A DNA stretch of 64,000 nucleotides from an uncultured Verrucomicrobiae bacterium. GTDB lineage: Bacteria; Verrucomicrobiota; Verrucomicrobiia; Chthoniobacterales; JAFAMB01. Shown piece by piece: positions 41,490 through 51,728 of the stretch; position 1 is the first letter of the stretch, and the number at the start of each line of letters is the position of its first letter. The notes beneath the pieces are model-generated. The model made no database searches, had not been told where the DNA came from, and saw nothing but the letters and a program-made list of their open reading frames with translations. Location of the stretch: contig CAVXLD010000010.1 in the NCBI GenBank assembly GCA_963762565.1, forward strand, positions 256,001 to 320,000, given 5' to 3'. The position numbers were made by a program, and so were the translations under genes.

Positions 41490-41730
41490 CTTCGCCAAGG
41501 CGGATCCAATCCGGACAGGACGCAGCACTCCAATGCTCCGACACTCCCCGCCCGCAACGCTTCGCGTAGCGATGCGGGCGGGCACCACTCAGCGCAGCCC
41601 GAATCGAGGACAGCCTGTCCGACGAAGCCCAAGCTCTATGTTGCCGACCGCTCAAGTCGGCCTCGCAAGCGAGGCACGCTCCACAACCGGCACACTGGCG
41701 AAGTCGGAAGGACGACGACGAGCACGCGTA
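41490..41730. repeat. Composite of repeat fragments: GC hairpin, F arm interrupted by family I (41612-41708), B arm inside family I
   Basis: CCCGCCCGCA..TGCGGGCGGG; GAGGAC-AGCCTGTCCGAC..GTCGGA-AGGACGACGACGAG; GGCCTCGCAAGCGAGGC. Confidence 0.7.
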
Positions 41731-41747
41731 CGAAGCCCCTAGCGCGC

Positions 41748-42668
41748 ATCAGCTCGGACATCCTGATCGGCATTGATTGGGGTGGAACCAAGATCGAAGG
41801 AATGGCTCTAACCCAGGAAGGGAAAGAGCTGCTCCGGGTCCGCGAGGACACGCCGCGTCACGACTACGAAGGTTGCCTGCGAATCATTGTAAATCTCGTC
41901 GAACGTCTGGAGAATGAGATCGGCTGTCGCGGTAAAGTCGGGATCGGAATCCCGGGTTCACTGGAACCTAAGTCACGCCTAGGAAAAGGTGCTAGCTCGA
42001 CTTGGCTGCTCGGCAAGCCCGTGGAACGCGATCTGAGAACTGCGCTGGACAGAGAAATCCGCGTGGAGAACGATGCGGATTGTCTGGCGGCCTCTGAAGC
42101 CGTGGATGGCGCTGGAGCAGGATATCAGGTTGTCTTTGCTGTGATTCTCGGAAGTGGCGCCGGCGCCGGCATCGCTATCAATGGACGAGCCCATCACGGA
42201 CCGAACAACAGCGGCGGCGAGTGGGGTCATAACCCGTTGCCTTATCCAAACACTAGCGAAATTCCGGGATCGCCCTGTTACTGTGGCAAGCACGGTTGCA
42301 TGGAAACCTGGGTATCGGGCCGCGCGTTTCAGGCAGACTATGCGCGTCACTGCGCAATCGAGTTAGCCGCAAAAGAGATTATTGCGAGAATGCGTGCAGG
42401 AGAACATCTCGCCCGGCTGATTTGGCACCGCTACCTCGATCGAGTCGCCCGCGGATTGTCGATCGTCGTCAATACTCTTGACCCCGACATCTTCGTGATG
42501 GGTGGCGGCATGTCTAATGTCGACGAGCTCTATACCGAACTTCCGGCTCAATTGGCGCGATACACCTTTTCCACGGTATTCGAGACGCCGATTCGAAAAG
42601 CGATCCATGGAGATTCCAGCGGAGTGCGCGGGGCAGCGTGGCTGTGGAAAGAGTCTAGGCGCGTATGA
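41748..42668 (+). CDS. ROK-family sugar kinase (Mak/fructokinase-like); start uncertain
   Basis: IGIDWGGTK, ENDADC, GEWGH, CYCGKHGCME, HGDSSGVRGAAWL. Confidence 0.88.
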   Translation: MSSDILIGIDWGGTKIEGMALTQEGKELLRVREDTPRHDYEGCLRIIVNLVERLENEIGCRGKVGIGIPGSLEPKSRLGKGASSTWLLGKPVERDLRTALDREIRVENDADCLAASEAVDGAGAGYQVVFAVILGSGAGAGIAINGRAHHGPNNSGGEWGHNPLPYPNTSEIPGSPCYCGKHGCMETWVSGRAFQADYARHCAIELAAKEIIARMRAGEHLARLIWHRYLDRVARGLSIVVNTLDPDIFVMGGGMSNVDELYTELPAQLARYTFSTVFETPIRKAIHGDSSGVRGAAWLWKESRRV

Positions 42669-42670
42669 CT

Positions 42671-42915
42671 GGAGGGGAGCCGCTTTGTAAGTTCGCAGCT
42701 CTGCCGGTTACTAGCAGGCGGCTCCCGGGAATAACCCAGCGTGACCCATTTATCTGGCAGCTTCCCGAATCAAAGGCTCCCACCTGCGGGCCGAAAAAGG
42801 TAGCGGACGCTGGACAATTCCCGGGAGCCGCTTGTTCACCACCCGTTTTGGCTACTCTTGGCATTCGACAGAACACATTGGATTCCTGAGACACATGGCA
42901 AAGCGGCTCCCCTCC
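42671..42915. repeat. Family D element (four alternating GGGAGCCGC cores)
   Basis: GGAGGGGAGCCGCTTTG ... GCGGCTCCCGGGAA ... TTCCCGGGAGCCGC ... CAAAGCGGCTCCCCTCC. Confidence 0.9.
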
Positions 42916-42945
42916 AACTGAACCCCCTTAACCTTTCTCCTCCCT

Positions 42946-43722
42946 ATGCCCGACCTAACCGCCCGCTACGAATTCGCCTCCGACCTTATTAAAGAGGCCG
43001 GACAGCTTGCGCTCGATTACTTCCACCGACTCGGAACCCTGACAATCAAACAGAAAGGGCAACAAGACATGGCTAGTGAAGCGGATCTCAATGTCGAGAT
43101 GCTTATTCGGAACCGCCTGAGCAGCCGGTTCCCTGAGGACGCGTTCCTGGGGGAAGAGACCGGCCGCACGGAGTTCTCGGCCGGCCAAGGTGTTTGGGTG
43201 GTTGACCCGATTGATGGCACCCAACCTTTCATCAATGGTCTCGCCGGTTGGTGTGTATCGATCGCGTTCGTCCTGAATGGGAAACTGGAGATGGGCTTGG
43301 TTTATGGTCCGGCTCGCGGGGAACTGTTTCAAGGTTACCGGGACCAACCCGCGACCTTGAATGGTAACCCGATCCGAGTTGGCAACGCGAAGCGCCTAGT
43401 CGATGGCATTCTCGGCGTCGGCTACTCACCAAGGATACAACCAGATGAATTCCTGCCACTCTTTTCTCGTCTTCTAAACCAAGGATCAATGTTTTATCGG
43501 GAAGGTTGCGGCGCGCTAGCATTGTGCTACGTGGCCGCCGGGAGGCTGATTGGCTATGTCGAGCCTCATATCAATTCTTGGGATTGCCTCGGGGCTTTGG
43601 CCGTAGTGCAGGCTGCCGGCGGAGTCATTAACGATTTCCTCGCCAATGACGGTCTTTGGAACGGGAACCGCGTCATTGCAGGTCCACCGACGTTGTATTC
43701 GACGTTGGTCGGGTTGTTTTGA
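42946..43722 (+). CDS. Inositol monophosphatase family protein
   Basis: GEE, WVVDPIDGT, WD motif. Confidence 0.92.
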   Translation: MPDLTARYEFASDLIKEAGQLALDYFHRLGTLTIKQKGQQDMASEADLNVEMLIRNRLSSRFPEDAFLGEETGRTEFSAGQGVWVVDPIDGTQPFINGLAGWCVSIAFVLNGKLEMGLVYGPARGELFQGYRDQPATLNGNPIRVGNAKRLVDGILGVGYSPRIQPDEFLPLFSRLLNQGSMFYREGCGALALCYVAAGRLIGYVEPHINSWDCLGALAVVQAAGGVINDFLANDGLWNGNRVIAGPPTLYSTLVGLF

Positions 43723-43765
43723 AAGGGGGAACTGGTTGCCCTTTAGGGGAACGAGTTAGGATGTC

Positions 43766-44207
43766 GTGTTGCAGCTCTATCCCAATCGTTCTCGTCCTCG
43801 TCGTCGTCCTCGTCCTCGAAAGGCGTGGCACGTTGATGCGACGACCGATTGTCCAGCGCCCCGGAGGGGAGCCGCTTTGGCGTTAATCTGTCCGCCCTCG
43901 CGAAATTCGTCTCAACATTAATCCGGCTGAAACGTGCAAAAACAGGCGGCTCCCGGGAATGACCCAGCGGTCCGCAGGTCTATTTGCGGCTGTAAACGAA
44001 ATCGGCGCCGCGGGTGAATCATCGCGCTGGGTTATTCGCGGGAGCCGCCTGATGCGACATTTAGTGGTCGGATGAGCCCTGAAAGAAACATCGCGAGGTC
44101 GCCTTGTACATGCCAAAGCGGCTCCCCTCCAGGCGTTGGACAATCGCACATCGCATCAACGTGCCACGCCTTTCGAGGACGAGAACGATTTCGTAGAGCT
44201 GCGACAC
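43766..44207. repeat. ~440 bp nested palindrome: F shell around a family D core (43863-44130)
   Basis: Long complementary arms TCGAAAGGCGTGGCACGTTGATGCGA / TCGCATCAACGTGCCACGCCTTTCGA. Confidence 0.9.
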
Positions 44208-44253
44208 CGCAGCGTAGCTCCAAGTGCGCGGTTCCTCCGAGCGGTCTCCCACC

Positions 44254-45762
44254 TTACCGATACAACCGATGATTGATCGGCTGGAGCTGCGAAAAAAGGT
44301 CACGATAAATCTGGTACCGCGCCTCCAATTCTTTGGCCTGCTCTGCGTTAGGCTCCAAGCTAATCTCTTCCTGACGCACTGCAGCTGCCGCCGCCGAACC
44401 GCTTCCGTATACGCCCGTGCCGACGCCGGCCAATAATGCTACGCCTAATGCGACTGCCTCCCGAACGGGACTGATCTTCAAAGGCAGACCATAGACATCC
44501 GCTTTAATCTGGGCCAGCAGGCGGTTCTGCATTGGAATTCCGATTGTAATGATCTCCTTCGGTCGCGGTTGGCCAGCCACTGTTTCCATGGCTTCTACAA
44601 TTGCCCTTTCTTCGAACGCGATTCCCTCTAACACCGCTCTGAACATCGCAGCTCGAGTAGTAGTTGATCGAAGCCCGACAAACGCTCCAGCGGCGAGCGC
44701 ATCGGGAAAGGGCGTCAGGCTGCGAACCAGATGCGGAACAAAGATCGGTATGGCGTGATGGGTGCCCGCTGCTTCGCCGGTCAGGGTCGCAAAGTCCGCT
44801 TTGCCTCCCAACTGTTGCTGGAACCATTCGATGGCGGAGCCAGCCGTAAACAGCCCGCCGGTCAGATAAAAAACCGGTTCATCGATCCAGACTGCTCCTT
44901 GAGCTAAGCCGTGATCGGGAAGAGTCCGGCTGAAGTTCGGCTTATCGGCGATAGCTAGCAAGGTAGCAGAGGTCCCTAGGCTGTCGGTTACTACCTCTCT
45001 GGCCAACCCACTCACTGCAAATGTGCCACTAAGTTGGTCATGGACGCCGACACAAACCGTGCAGGTAATAGGAAGATTGGTTTCTTTAGCCGCAGCCGGC
45101 GTAACGGGTCCAAGCACACTCCCGCTTTGTAGAATGGGCGGCAAAATATCGGGATTGATGCCGACTTCAGTGAGCAGCTCGGTCGCCCAGATCCCCTTGG
45201 CTAGATTATAGGCCAATGTGCGACAGGCTAAACTAGGATCGGTCGCCGGCACGTTGCTAAGCCGGTAAGCAATGTAATCCGCCAAGTGGAGCCACCGCGC
45301 CGCTTTCGCGAATAGCTCAGGTTGATGATTCTTAACCCAAAGCAATTTGCACAGTCCGAACATCGGATCCGGATTCAGGCCGGAAAGCCGAAACAAGCGA
45401 TCGTATCCAATTCGGTCCCGGAGCCAGGCATATTCTTCTTTTGTCCTGAGGTCGAACCAGGCAATCGCCGGTCCCAATGAGGAACCGGCTTTATCGATCG
45501 GAAACAGCGATTCTGCCACACCGGCGACGGCAATCCCTTTGATACTTTCTGGCGATTCAACCCTGGCGACCACAGAGTGGATTGTCCGGCATACTGCCTG
45601 CCAAATCGGTTCGGGATCAAACTCGGTCCACCCTGGTTTGGGGTAGCTAAGCGGCGTCCTTTCATCGGCTTGGAATACGATTCCGCCTGCTGAATCGAGA
45701 GCCAGACATTTAATGTTCGTCGTTCCGACGTCGAGGCCGAGCAACAAGTCAAGGTGCGGCAT
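44254..45762 (-). CDS. FGGY-family carbohydrate kinase
   Basis: LGLDVGTTNIK, WFDLR, HDQ, SLGTS, RAVLEGIA. Confidence 0.92.
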   Translation of the reverse strand: MPHLDLLLGLDVGTTNIKCLALDSAGGIVFQADERTPLSYPKPGWTEFDPEPIWQAVCRTIHSVVARVESPESIKGIAVAGVAESLFPIDKAGSSLGPAIAWFDLRTKEEYAWLRDRIGYDRLFRLSGLNPDPMFGLCKLLWVKNHQPELFAKAARWLHLADYIAYRLSNVPATDPSLACRTLAYNLAKGIWATELLTEVGINPDILPPILQSGSVLGPVTPAAAKETNLPITCTVCVGVHDQLSGTFAVSGLAREVVTDSLGTSATLLAIADKPNFSRTLPDHGLAQGAVWIDEPVFYLTGGLFTAGSAIEWFQQQLGGKADFATLTGEAAGTHHAIPIFVPHLVRSLTPFPDALAAGAFVGLRSTTTRAAMFRAVLEGIAFEERAIVEAMETVAGQPRPKEIITIGIPMQNRLLAQIKADVYGLPLKISPVREAVALGVALLAGVGTGVYGSGSAAAAAVRQEEISLEPNAEQAKELEARYQIYRDLFSQLQPINHRLYR

Positions 45763-45885
45763 TGGTGATGACTCTTTAGCCTGCATCGATGGCAATTGCC
45801 ACCTGCGAACGAGCGGAAACGAGCGTGAGCGAGCCAGAACGTCGAACTCCACGTCTGTGGCTGAGGCGCCTGTTCGGCGTTCCAA

Positions 45886-46152
45886 GGGTTACCCCAGGTG
45901 ATCAAGCCGGATGGCTTATACCAGAGTCAACAACGGTTCGGAATGTACCGGTGGCACGTGATGGATCCGATTCGTTTTCATCAGGATTTGCGCGTAACCA
46001 TCCAAGCACTGGGTTGGAGATCAACTCAGGAAGGTCAACGCCGCTATTTACCGTTACAGGACGACATCGCTTCAACCGCATTCTGGTACCAAACCGAACC
46101 CCACGCGGCCTTTCCAACGCTGCCGGATCTCAATTTCCTGGAAGTGATTTGA
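45886..46152 (+). pseudogene. C-terminal remnant of a DUF2961/GH172 glycoside hydrolase
   Basis: GYPQVIKPDGLY.SQQRFGMYRWH..DPIRF..DLRVTIQALGW..DDIASTAFWYQ; no N-terminal part. Confidence 0.8.
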
Positions 46153-46420
46153 AGGCAGATGACGCCAAAGCGTTCTCGAAATATCCGCAGAGGCCACAGA
46201 TTACGCCACCGATGAGCGATTTCTCGCTGTAGCGTAGAGCCAATTGTAAGGCAGACGGCTACATCTGAACATCGTCGGTTTCGCTATCGCGCTGCTGTGT
46301 GAAGCAAACGTTGTGACATAGAGCGCCAAACCTGATAAATCTGCGTCACGACTTCCCCTGCGTCACCATGGCCTCGCAAGCGAGACATTTCCAGGGTTTC
46401 CCACTGAATCGGCATACCCC

Positions 46421-46837
46421 TCACTTCGCTCTGACCAGCAGAAGCGGGACATTGATGTTATGGCGGACGTGATGGGCTGTGGTGCCGAGGAATATATCGG
46501 CAACCAAACGATGCCCATGGGTGCTCATGGCGACAAGGTCGCAGCCCTCTTTTTCGACCCATTTTACAATTTCCTGTGAGGGATCCCCGTAAGCGAGTTC
46601 GGCGTCTGCCTTGACACCAACGGAACAAAACTCCTTCCGAACCTTTTCCAAATAAGCCTTATCTTCGGTAATTTCGTCGCTGATTGCTTCCGGACCGTAG
46701 GTCCGCGCCGCCCAACCATCGGCTACGTGCAATAAGACGACCCGGCTCTGCATGGCCACCGCCAGTGCCTTGATATGTTCAATGATCGCACGGTCGGTCG
46801 GGGTTGCTTCCAAGGTGACCAGGATTTTGTCGTACAT
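46421..46837 (-). CDS. Universal stress protein (Nramp-associated)
   Basis: MYDKILV, GDP..EI, DLVAMSTHGH, LGTT, PLLLV. Confidence 0.9.
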   Translation of the reverse strand: MYDKILVTLEATPTDRAIIEHIKALAVAMQSRVVLLHVADGWAARTYGPEAISDEITEDKAYLEKVRKEFCSVGVKADAELAYGDPSQEIVKWVEKEGCDLVAMSTHGHRLVADIFLGTTAHHVRHNINVPLLLVRAK

Positions 46838-46852
46838 GCGGGCCCCCGTTCT

Positions 46853-48264
46853 TTAGTGGCCTACTATAACCGCCCAGACCTGCTGTAGGGAATCCGGTAG
46901 ACTGTAAATGTCCATGACGGTAATCAGAATGGCGCTGACCCAGCCGCCAAACAATAGGAATCGGCGGCTGCGCCACTTGCCCATTCGTTTGCTCGAGCCG
47001 GCGAACAGTAGCAACGGAAACATAGCAAACGGTAATTCTAGACAAAGGACGACCTGGCTCAGGTTAATTAAGTCGGTGATACTGCCATCTCCGCGGAAAC
47101 TGATAATTAGAATCGCAGGGACTACCGCAATTGTGCGCGTGATCAGCCTGCGGACCCAAGGCTGAATGCGCCAACGCATAAACCCTTCCATGACGACTTG
47201 ACCGGCGAGAGTTCCGGTGATCGTGCTACTCTGTCCGCTGGCTAGAAGTGCAACAGCGAACAGAGTACTGGCCAAGGTCGTTCCCAGAAGTGGCGCCAAT
47301 GTCAAATGGGCCACTCGGATCCAATCGCTGTCTGGACTGAAATGCACTGTCTGGCCGCCGGCCGCGACCACGCTGGTTTTGCCGTAAAATACAATCGCCG
47401 CCAGTACCAGGATGGCTGCATTAACGAAAAAAGCGATGGTCAGAGCCATCGTGGTATCAACCGTATTGAAACGGATAGCGCGACGAATCGAAGGCTCGTC
47501 ATTCTGCAACTTGCGAGTCTGCACCAACGCGGTGTGCAAATAGAGATTGTGGGGCATAACGGTCGCCCCAATGATACCGATTGCCACTACCAGCATGCCG
47601 CTCTGGGTAAAGTCGGGGCGCACCATCGCATGAGCCATTTCGAGAAAATCCGGCCGGGTCGGCGCCAACCCGAAGATCTCGATCGCATAACAGCCGCCGA
47701 TGGTGACCACAAAAACGGCGACCACGGCTTCAATGAGCCGCATACCGAACCCTTGCAGAGCCAGGAGCAACAACACGTCGAACGCCGTGATGATGATCGC
47801 CCACTGCATCGGGATATGGAACAGCATGTTCAGCGCGACCGCACTACCGAGCGACTCGGCCAAATCCGTCATGCAGATCGCGAATTCCATCGAGATCCAG
47901 TTGGGCCAGCGGGTCCAACGCGGAGACCAATCGCGGCAACATTGAGCAAGATCCTTCCCGGTAGCAACGCCTAAGCGGGCAGCAATCAGCTGCAGGAAAA
48001 TCGCCATTAAACTCGCCAGCGCCACCACCCAGAGCAGGCCATATTTGAACTGGGCGCCACCTGCAAGATCGGTACCCCAGTTACCGGGATCCATGTAACC
48101 GACGCTCACCAGAATGGCCGGCCCAACGAACCCCGCCATTGTCGGATAAAGCCGGCTTTAGCCGGAGGTATTTCCACCGAACCATGCACGCCTTCTAGCG
48201 AAAGGTGTACGACATGTGACTCCTCGACTTTGGCCGGTTTCTCCTTGGTCAGTGGTTCCCTCAT
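46853..48264 (-). CDS. mntH: Nramp Mn2+/Fe2+ transporter; apparent frameshift near 48133
   Basis: GYMDPGNW, MPHNLYLH, GTLAGQ.VMEG. The N-terminal SLEGVHGSV segment is in another frame starting at ATG 48264. Confidence 0.88.
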
Positions 48265-48325
48265 AGGCGTTTTGGCGCTTTGACGGCTAAGGTCAATGTG
48301 CGCCGCTAACTCAACGGCCTGAGTA

Positions 48326-48377
48326 TTAGTCAGCCCAGAAAAAGTTAGTCCGCCCTGAATTAGTTTACAAGAACTAA
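48326..48377. promoter_or_regulatory. Candidate DtxR/MntR-type operators upstream of mntH
   Basis: Direct repeats TTAGTCAGCCCAGAA and TTAGTCCGCCCTGAA, then the palindrome TTAGTT-N6-AACTAA. Confidence 0.45.
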
Positions 48378-48415
48378 AGTCGTTTATAGACGCTAAGTGG
48401 CCTCTGTTTCCTCTG

Positions 48416-49324
48416 TTACCTCCTGTTTACAAACGCGTGTTCCCTGGCCAGCATCGCCATCTTCCGCTCTGTCCCCCATTGGTAACGGCCGAAATCACCC
48501 GTTGCCCGGATCACGCGATGGCATGGAATCAACACGGCCACCGGGTTTGTAGCCACCGCCGTCGCAGTAGCGCGCACCGCCAGCGGATTCCCGATCTTTT
48601 CTGCCAAAAAATGATAAGGAATCAAGAAGCCCGACGGAATCTCAATCAATGCCCGCCACACCTGGAGCCGTAACGGCGATCCTTTCAACAAGAGGCCAAG
48701 CCGCCGTTTGGGCGCCTCCCCGTTTAAGCGGACGTCGATCTCGCCCCGAATTTCGGCAACCGCCGTGGGATCATGAATCAACATCGCCTCCGGCCAATTG
48801 TTTTTGAGTTCGGTCAACGCATGCCTGGCGTCCTGGACAAAGGAAAATCGGCAGATCCCTCGAGGGGTCGTCGCCAGCAGCGCCGGCCCCAGGACGGTCT
48901 CCACCAGCGCCCAATGGATCTGCAACCCGGCCGAATTCTTGAATTCGCCGGGAGTCATATGATCGATGGTCAGAAAAAGATCGTGTAGCCTGGACGGCCC
49001 TGAAAGCCCGACCGATAGCGCCGTTGACAGCAAGGAGTTCGATTCCCGCAAGAGCGTCTTGGCATTCGTCAAAGTGATGAACTGAACGAACTCCTTTGGG
49101 GTTAATCCCGCGAATTCCACAAACAAGCGATGAAAATGGAATTCGCTCATTCCTAACTCCCGCGCCACTTCAGCCAATGCCGGTTGATCTTCAGACCGGC
49201 TAACCAATAGCCGGATTGCACGCTCCATTTTCGCAAAATGCGAAGACGGATTTTTTATTCGGCTCACAGACGTATCCGAAGCGGAAGACGGCCGGTTTTC
49301 TATGGACTGGCTGGATTCGGTCAT
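48416..49324 (-). CDS. AraC-HTH plus methylated-DNA-protein-cysteine methyltransferase (Ada-like)
   Basis: SEFHFHRLF..G.TPK, GLSGPSRLHDLF, IPCHRVI. Confidence 0.92.
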   Translation of the reverse strand: MTESSQSIENRPSSASDTSVSRIKNPSSHFAKMERAIRLLVSRSEDQPALAEVARELGMSEFHFHRLFVEFAGLTPKEFVQFITLTNAKTLLRESNSLLSTALSVGLSGPSRLHDLFLTIDHMTPGEFKNSAGLQIHWALVETVLGPALLATTPRGICRFSFVQDARHALTELKNNWPEAMLIHDPTAVAEIRGEIDVRLNGEAPKRRLGLLLKGSPLRLQVWRALIEIPSGFLIPYHFLAEKIGNPLAVRATATAVATNPVAVLIPCHRVIRATGDFGRYQWGTERKMAMLAREHAFVNRR

Positions 49325-49368
49325 GATCGATCCTATCAGCCGATCGCAATTAACCGACCCGTTTCTTG

Positions 49369-50115
49369 CTACAACTGGATCCGGTAAAAGAAATAACTGC
49401 CCATCGCCAGGAACAGGATTGCGGCAAACGTGAGCACGCCAAAATCCATCGCTAGACCAAAATGAGAAGATCCTATGAGAGCGGCCCGGAGACCATCCAC
49501 CCCATAGGCCAGTGGATCAAATCTCGCCACGGCTTCCAAGACCGGTGGAGCATGGCGCAACGGATAAAGTGCGCCCGATAGGAAATAGATCGGCATCACT
49601 AAGAAATTCATGACCAATTGAAAGCCCTGAAAATCTGAAAGCAGCGACGCCACCGCAGTGCCAAGTGCGGTAAACAAGAACCCGATCAAGACCATAAAAG
49701 CGATCGCTACCGGAATCATCGCCCAATTGACCGGCCGAAACCCCGCCAGCGTACAAACGAATACCACGATAATACCTTGGAGAACGGCGACCGTCGCGCC
49801 TCCCAATGTTCTGCCCAGCATGATCAGAATTCTTGGCACGGGCGCAACCATCGTCTCCTTGAGAAACCCAAACTGTTTGTCCCAAAGGAGCTCAATCCCG
49901 TTGAACATCGCCGTGAAAAGAATCGTCATGCCGATCACCCCGGGAGCAAGAAACTGTAAGTAGCTCCCTTCGCCCGCTCGCTGAAAAATCGGCCCGAAAC
50001 CGAACCCAAACGCCACCAAATACAAAACGGGTTGGCCGAGGGAAGCAATGATCCGCGAACGCGACCGTATATACCGCGTCAACTGCCGAATCCAAAGTAT
50101 GTAAATGCAGCTCAT
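49369..50115 (-). CDS. ABC-2 type permease
   Basis: FLAPG, DKQFGFLKE..VAPV, FLSGALYP. Confidence 0.9.
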   Translation of the reverse strand: MSCIYILWIRQLTRYIRSRSRIIASLGQPVLYLVAFGFGFGPIFQRAGEGSYLQFLAPGVIGMTILFTAMFNGIELLWDKQFGFLKETMVAPVPRILIMLGRTLGGATVAVLQGIIVVFVCTLAGFRPVNWAMIPVAIAFMVLIGFLFTALGTAVASLLSDFQGFQLVMNFLVMPIYFLSGALYPLRHAPPVLEAVARFDPLAYGVDGLRAALIGSSHFGLAMDFGVLTFAAILFLAMGSYFFYRIQL

Positions 50116-50145
50116 CGATTTACGCCTGTTCCACTAAATGAAAAG

Positions 50146-50276
50146 ATCCGCAGATTACGCAGATTTCGTATTGGTATTTGAACACGCGTAATCAGGTAAA
50201 AACGCGACTCGCCCAAGACGAGCATTTCGCCGAGACCGATCCAGGCCTCGAACCGAAATCTGCGTAATCTGCGGAT
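50146..50276. repeat. Family E palindrome, inside the ABC operon
   Basis: ATCCGCAGATTACGCAGATTTCG / CGAAATCTGCGTAATCTGCGGAT. Confidence 0.88.
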
Positions 50277-50282
50277 ATAAAA

Positions 50283-51068
50283 TCATCTGCGGAACATCCT
50301 GGCCATGTTTCGCATGCGGTCGGCAGAAGAAACTTCCTCTTCACGAATCGCTGAGCCGGTTAAACTAAGGAAAGCTTGTTCGAGTGACTCGGCGCCAGTG
50401 GATGCTTTTAGCTCCGATGCCGTCCCTTCCGCCACAATCTTACCGTGGTCGATAATCGCAATCCGGTCAGCAACTCGTTCCGCCTCATCCATATAATGGG
50501 TGGTCAGAAAGACGGTAACCTGCTCCTCTCGATTGAGTTGTCTTACTTGAGCCCAGAGTTGATGCCGCGTTTGCGGATCTAATCCCAGAGTGGGTTCATC
50601 AAGAAAAATGATCTTAGGCGTATGTAGCAGGCAACGAGCGATTTCGAGGCGGCGCCGCATTCCGCCGGAAAACTCTTTAACAAACGAGTCTCTCCGTTCC
50701 CAGAGCCCAAAGATCTCTAACAGACGAGCGATGCGTTCGCGCCGTACTCGCTTCGGTACGTGGTACAGCACACCGTGAAATTCAATGTTCTCGTAAGCGG
50801 TGAGTTCTGTATCAAGACTCGGATCCTGGAACACGATACCGATTCTTTTGCGCACTTGATTGGGGTGCTTTGTTGGATCAAGACCGTCAATCGCCACCGA
50901 ACCGCCGGTTGGCGTCAGCAAAGTCGTTAACATCTTGATCGTGGTGCTTTTGCCTGCTCCGTTCGGTCCGAGAAAGGCAAAGACCTCACCCTTCTTCACG
51001 TTGAACGAAACGTCCTGAACTGCCGGAAAATCCCCGAAGCGCTTAGTCAGATTCTGAACTGAGATCAT
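50283..51068 (-). CDS. ABC ATP-binding protein (DrrA-like)
   Basis: GPNGAGKST, FSGGMRRRLE, DEPTLGLDP, TTHYMDEA. Confidence 0.92.
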   Translation of the reverse strand: MISVQNLTKRFGDFPAVQDVSFNVKKGEVFAFLGPNGAGKSTTIKMLTTLLTPTGGSVAIDGLDPTKHPNQVRKRIGIVFQDPSLDTELTAYENIEFHGVLYHVPKRVRRERIARLLEIFGLWERRDSFVKEFSGGMRRRLEIARCLLHTPKIIFLDEPTLGLDPQTRHQLWAQVRQLNREEQVTVFLTTHYMDEAERVADRIAIIDHGKIVAEGTASELKASTGAESLEQAFLSLTGSAIREEEVSSADRMRNMARMFRR

Positions 51069-51120
51069 TAGCCCCTCCTTGCTGCGAAAGCTGTAAGGCG
51101 TGGCGACGAGAACGTCAATC

Positions 51121-51369
51121 TTTAGGAGCTAGGAGGCGTGTCGGGGCTCTATCGTAATCGTTCTCGTCGTCGTCCTCGTCCTCGAAGAGCGAATTCCTCC
51201 CAAATTTTACGATAGACCAGGAATTTCGACTGATGCCAGAGATTCACACGGCGACCATGCAACACAAGCCAGCTAACACGCAACTTTCGAGGACGACGAG
51301 GAGGACGAGGACGATTACGATCAAGCCGCAAACGCGCCTCCTAGCTCCTAGATTCTAGCTCCTCCTAAA
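51121..51369. repeat. G heptamer shell around a family F palindrome (51151-51321)
   Basis: taggagctaggaggcg / cgcctcctagctccta; ATCGTAATCGTTCTCGTCGTCG / CGAGGACGATTACGAT. Confidence 0.85.
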
Positions 51370-51374
51370 CGAAA

Positions 51375-51403
51375 ATTGCTCCCGAGCCCAAACTCGGGAG
51401 CAA
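51375..51403. terminator. Probable intrinsic terminator of the Gly/Trp-rich gene
   Basis: TTGCTCCCGAG / CTCGGGAGCAA stem followed by T residues on the minus strand. Confidence 0.55.
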
Positions 51404-51434
51404 ATCATCTTAAACTTGAACTGAGAGAATCAAA

Positions 51435-51728
51435 TTACCGGCGCCAGCCGCCGCGCCAACCCCCATGCCAGCCACCGCGCCAACCTCCACGCCAGCCCCA
51501 GCCGCCACGCCAGCCCCATCCGCCGTGCCAGTAGCCCCAGTAAGGACGGCCCCAGCCCCAACCACCATACCAGGATGGGTAGGGATAGTAGGCCGGCCCA
51601 TAAGACGGGCCTCCATAGTAAGCAGGGGCAGGGGCAGCCGAAACGGCTACTCCCGCGTCAGCTTTGCTAGGGACTAAGCAGAAAAGACCGGCGACAGCGA
51701 GGATCAATAACAGAAACCTCTTCATCAT
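51435..51728 (-). CDS. Small secreted Gly/Trp/Tyr/Arg-rich repeat protein
   Basis: Signal peptide ending ADA; tail of GGW(R/H/G) repeats. Confidence 0.7.
   Translation of the reverse strand: MMKRFLLLILAVAGLFCLVPSKADAGVAVSAAPAPAYYGGPSYGPAYYPYPSWYGGWGWGRPYWGYWHGGWGWRGGWGWRGGWRGGWHGGWRGGWRR

Noticed and set aside
48265..48415. yybP-ykoY manganese riboswitch
   Set aside because: I did not recognise the conserved motifs; an Rfam search would be needed.
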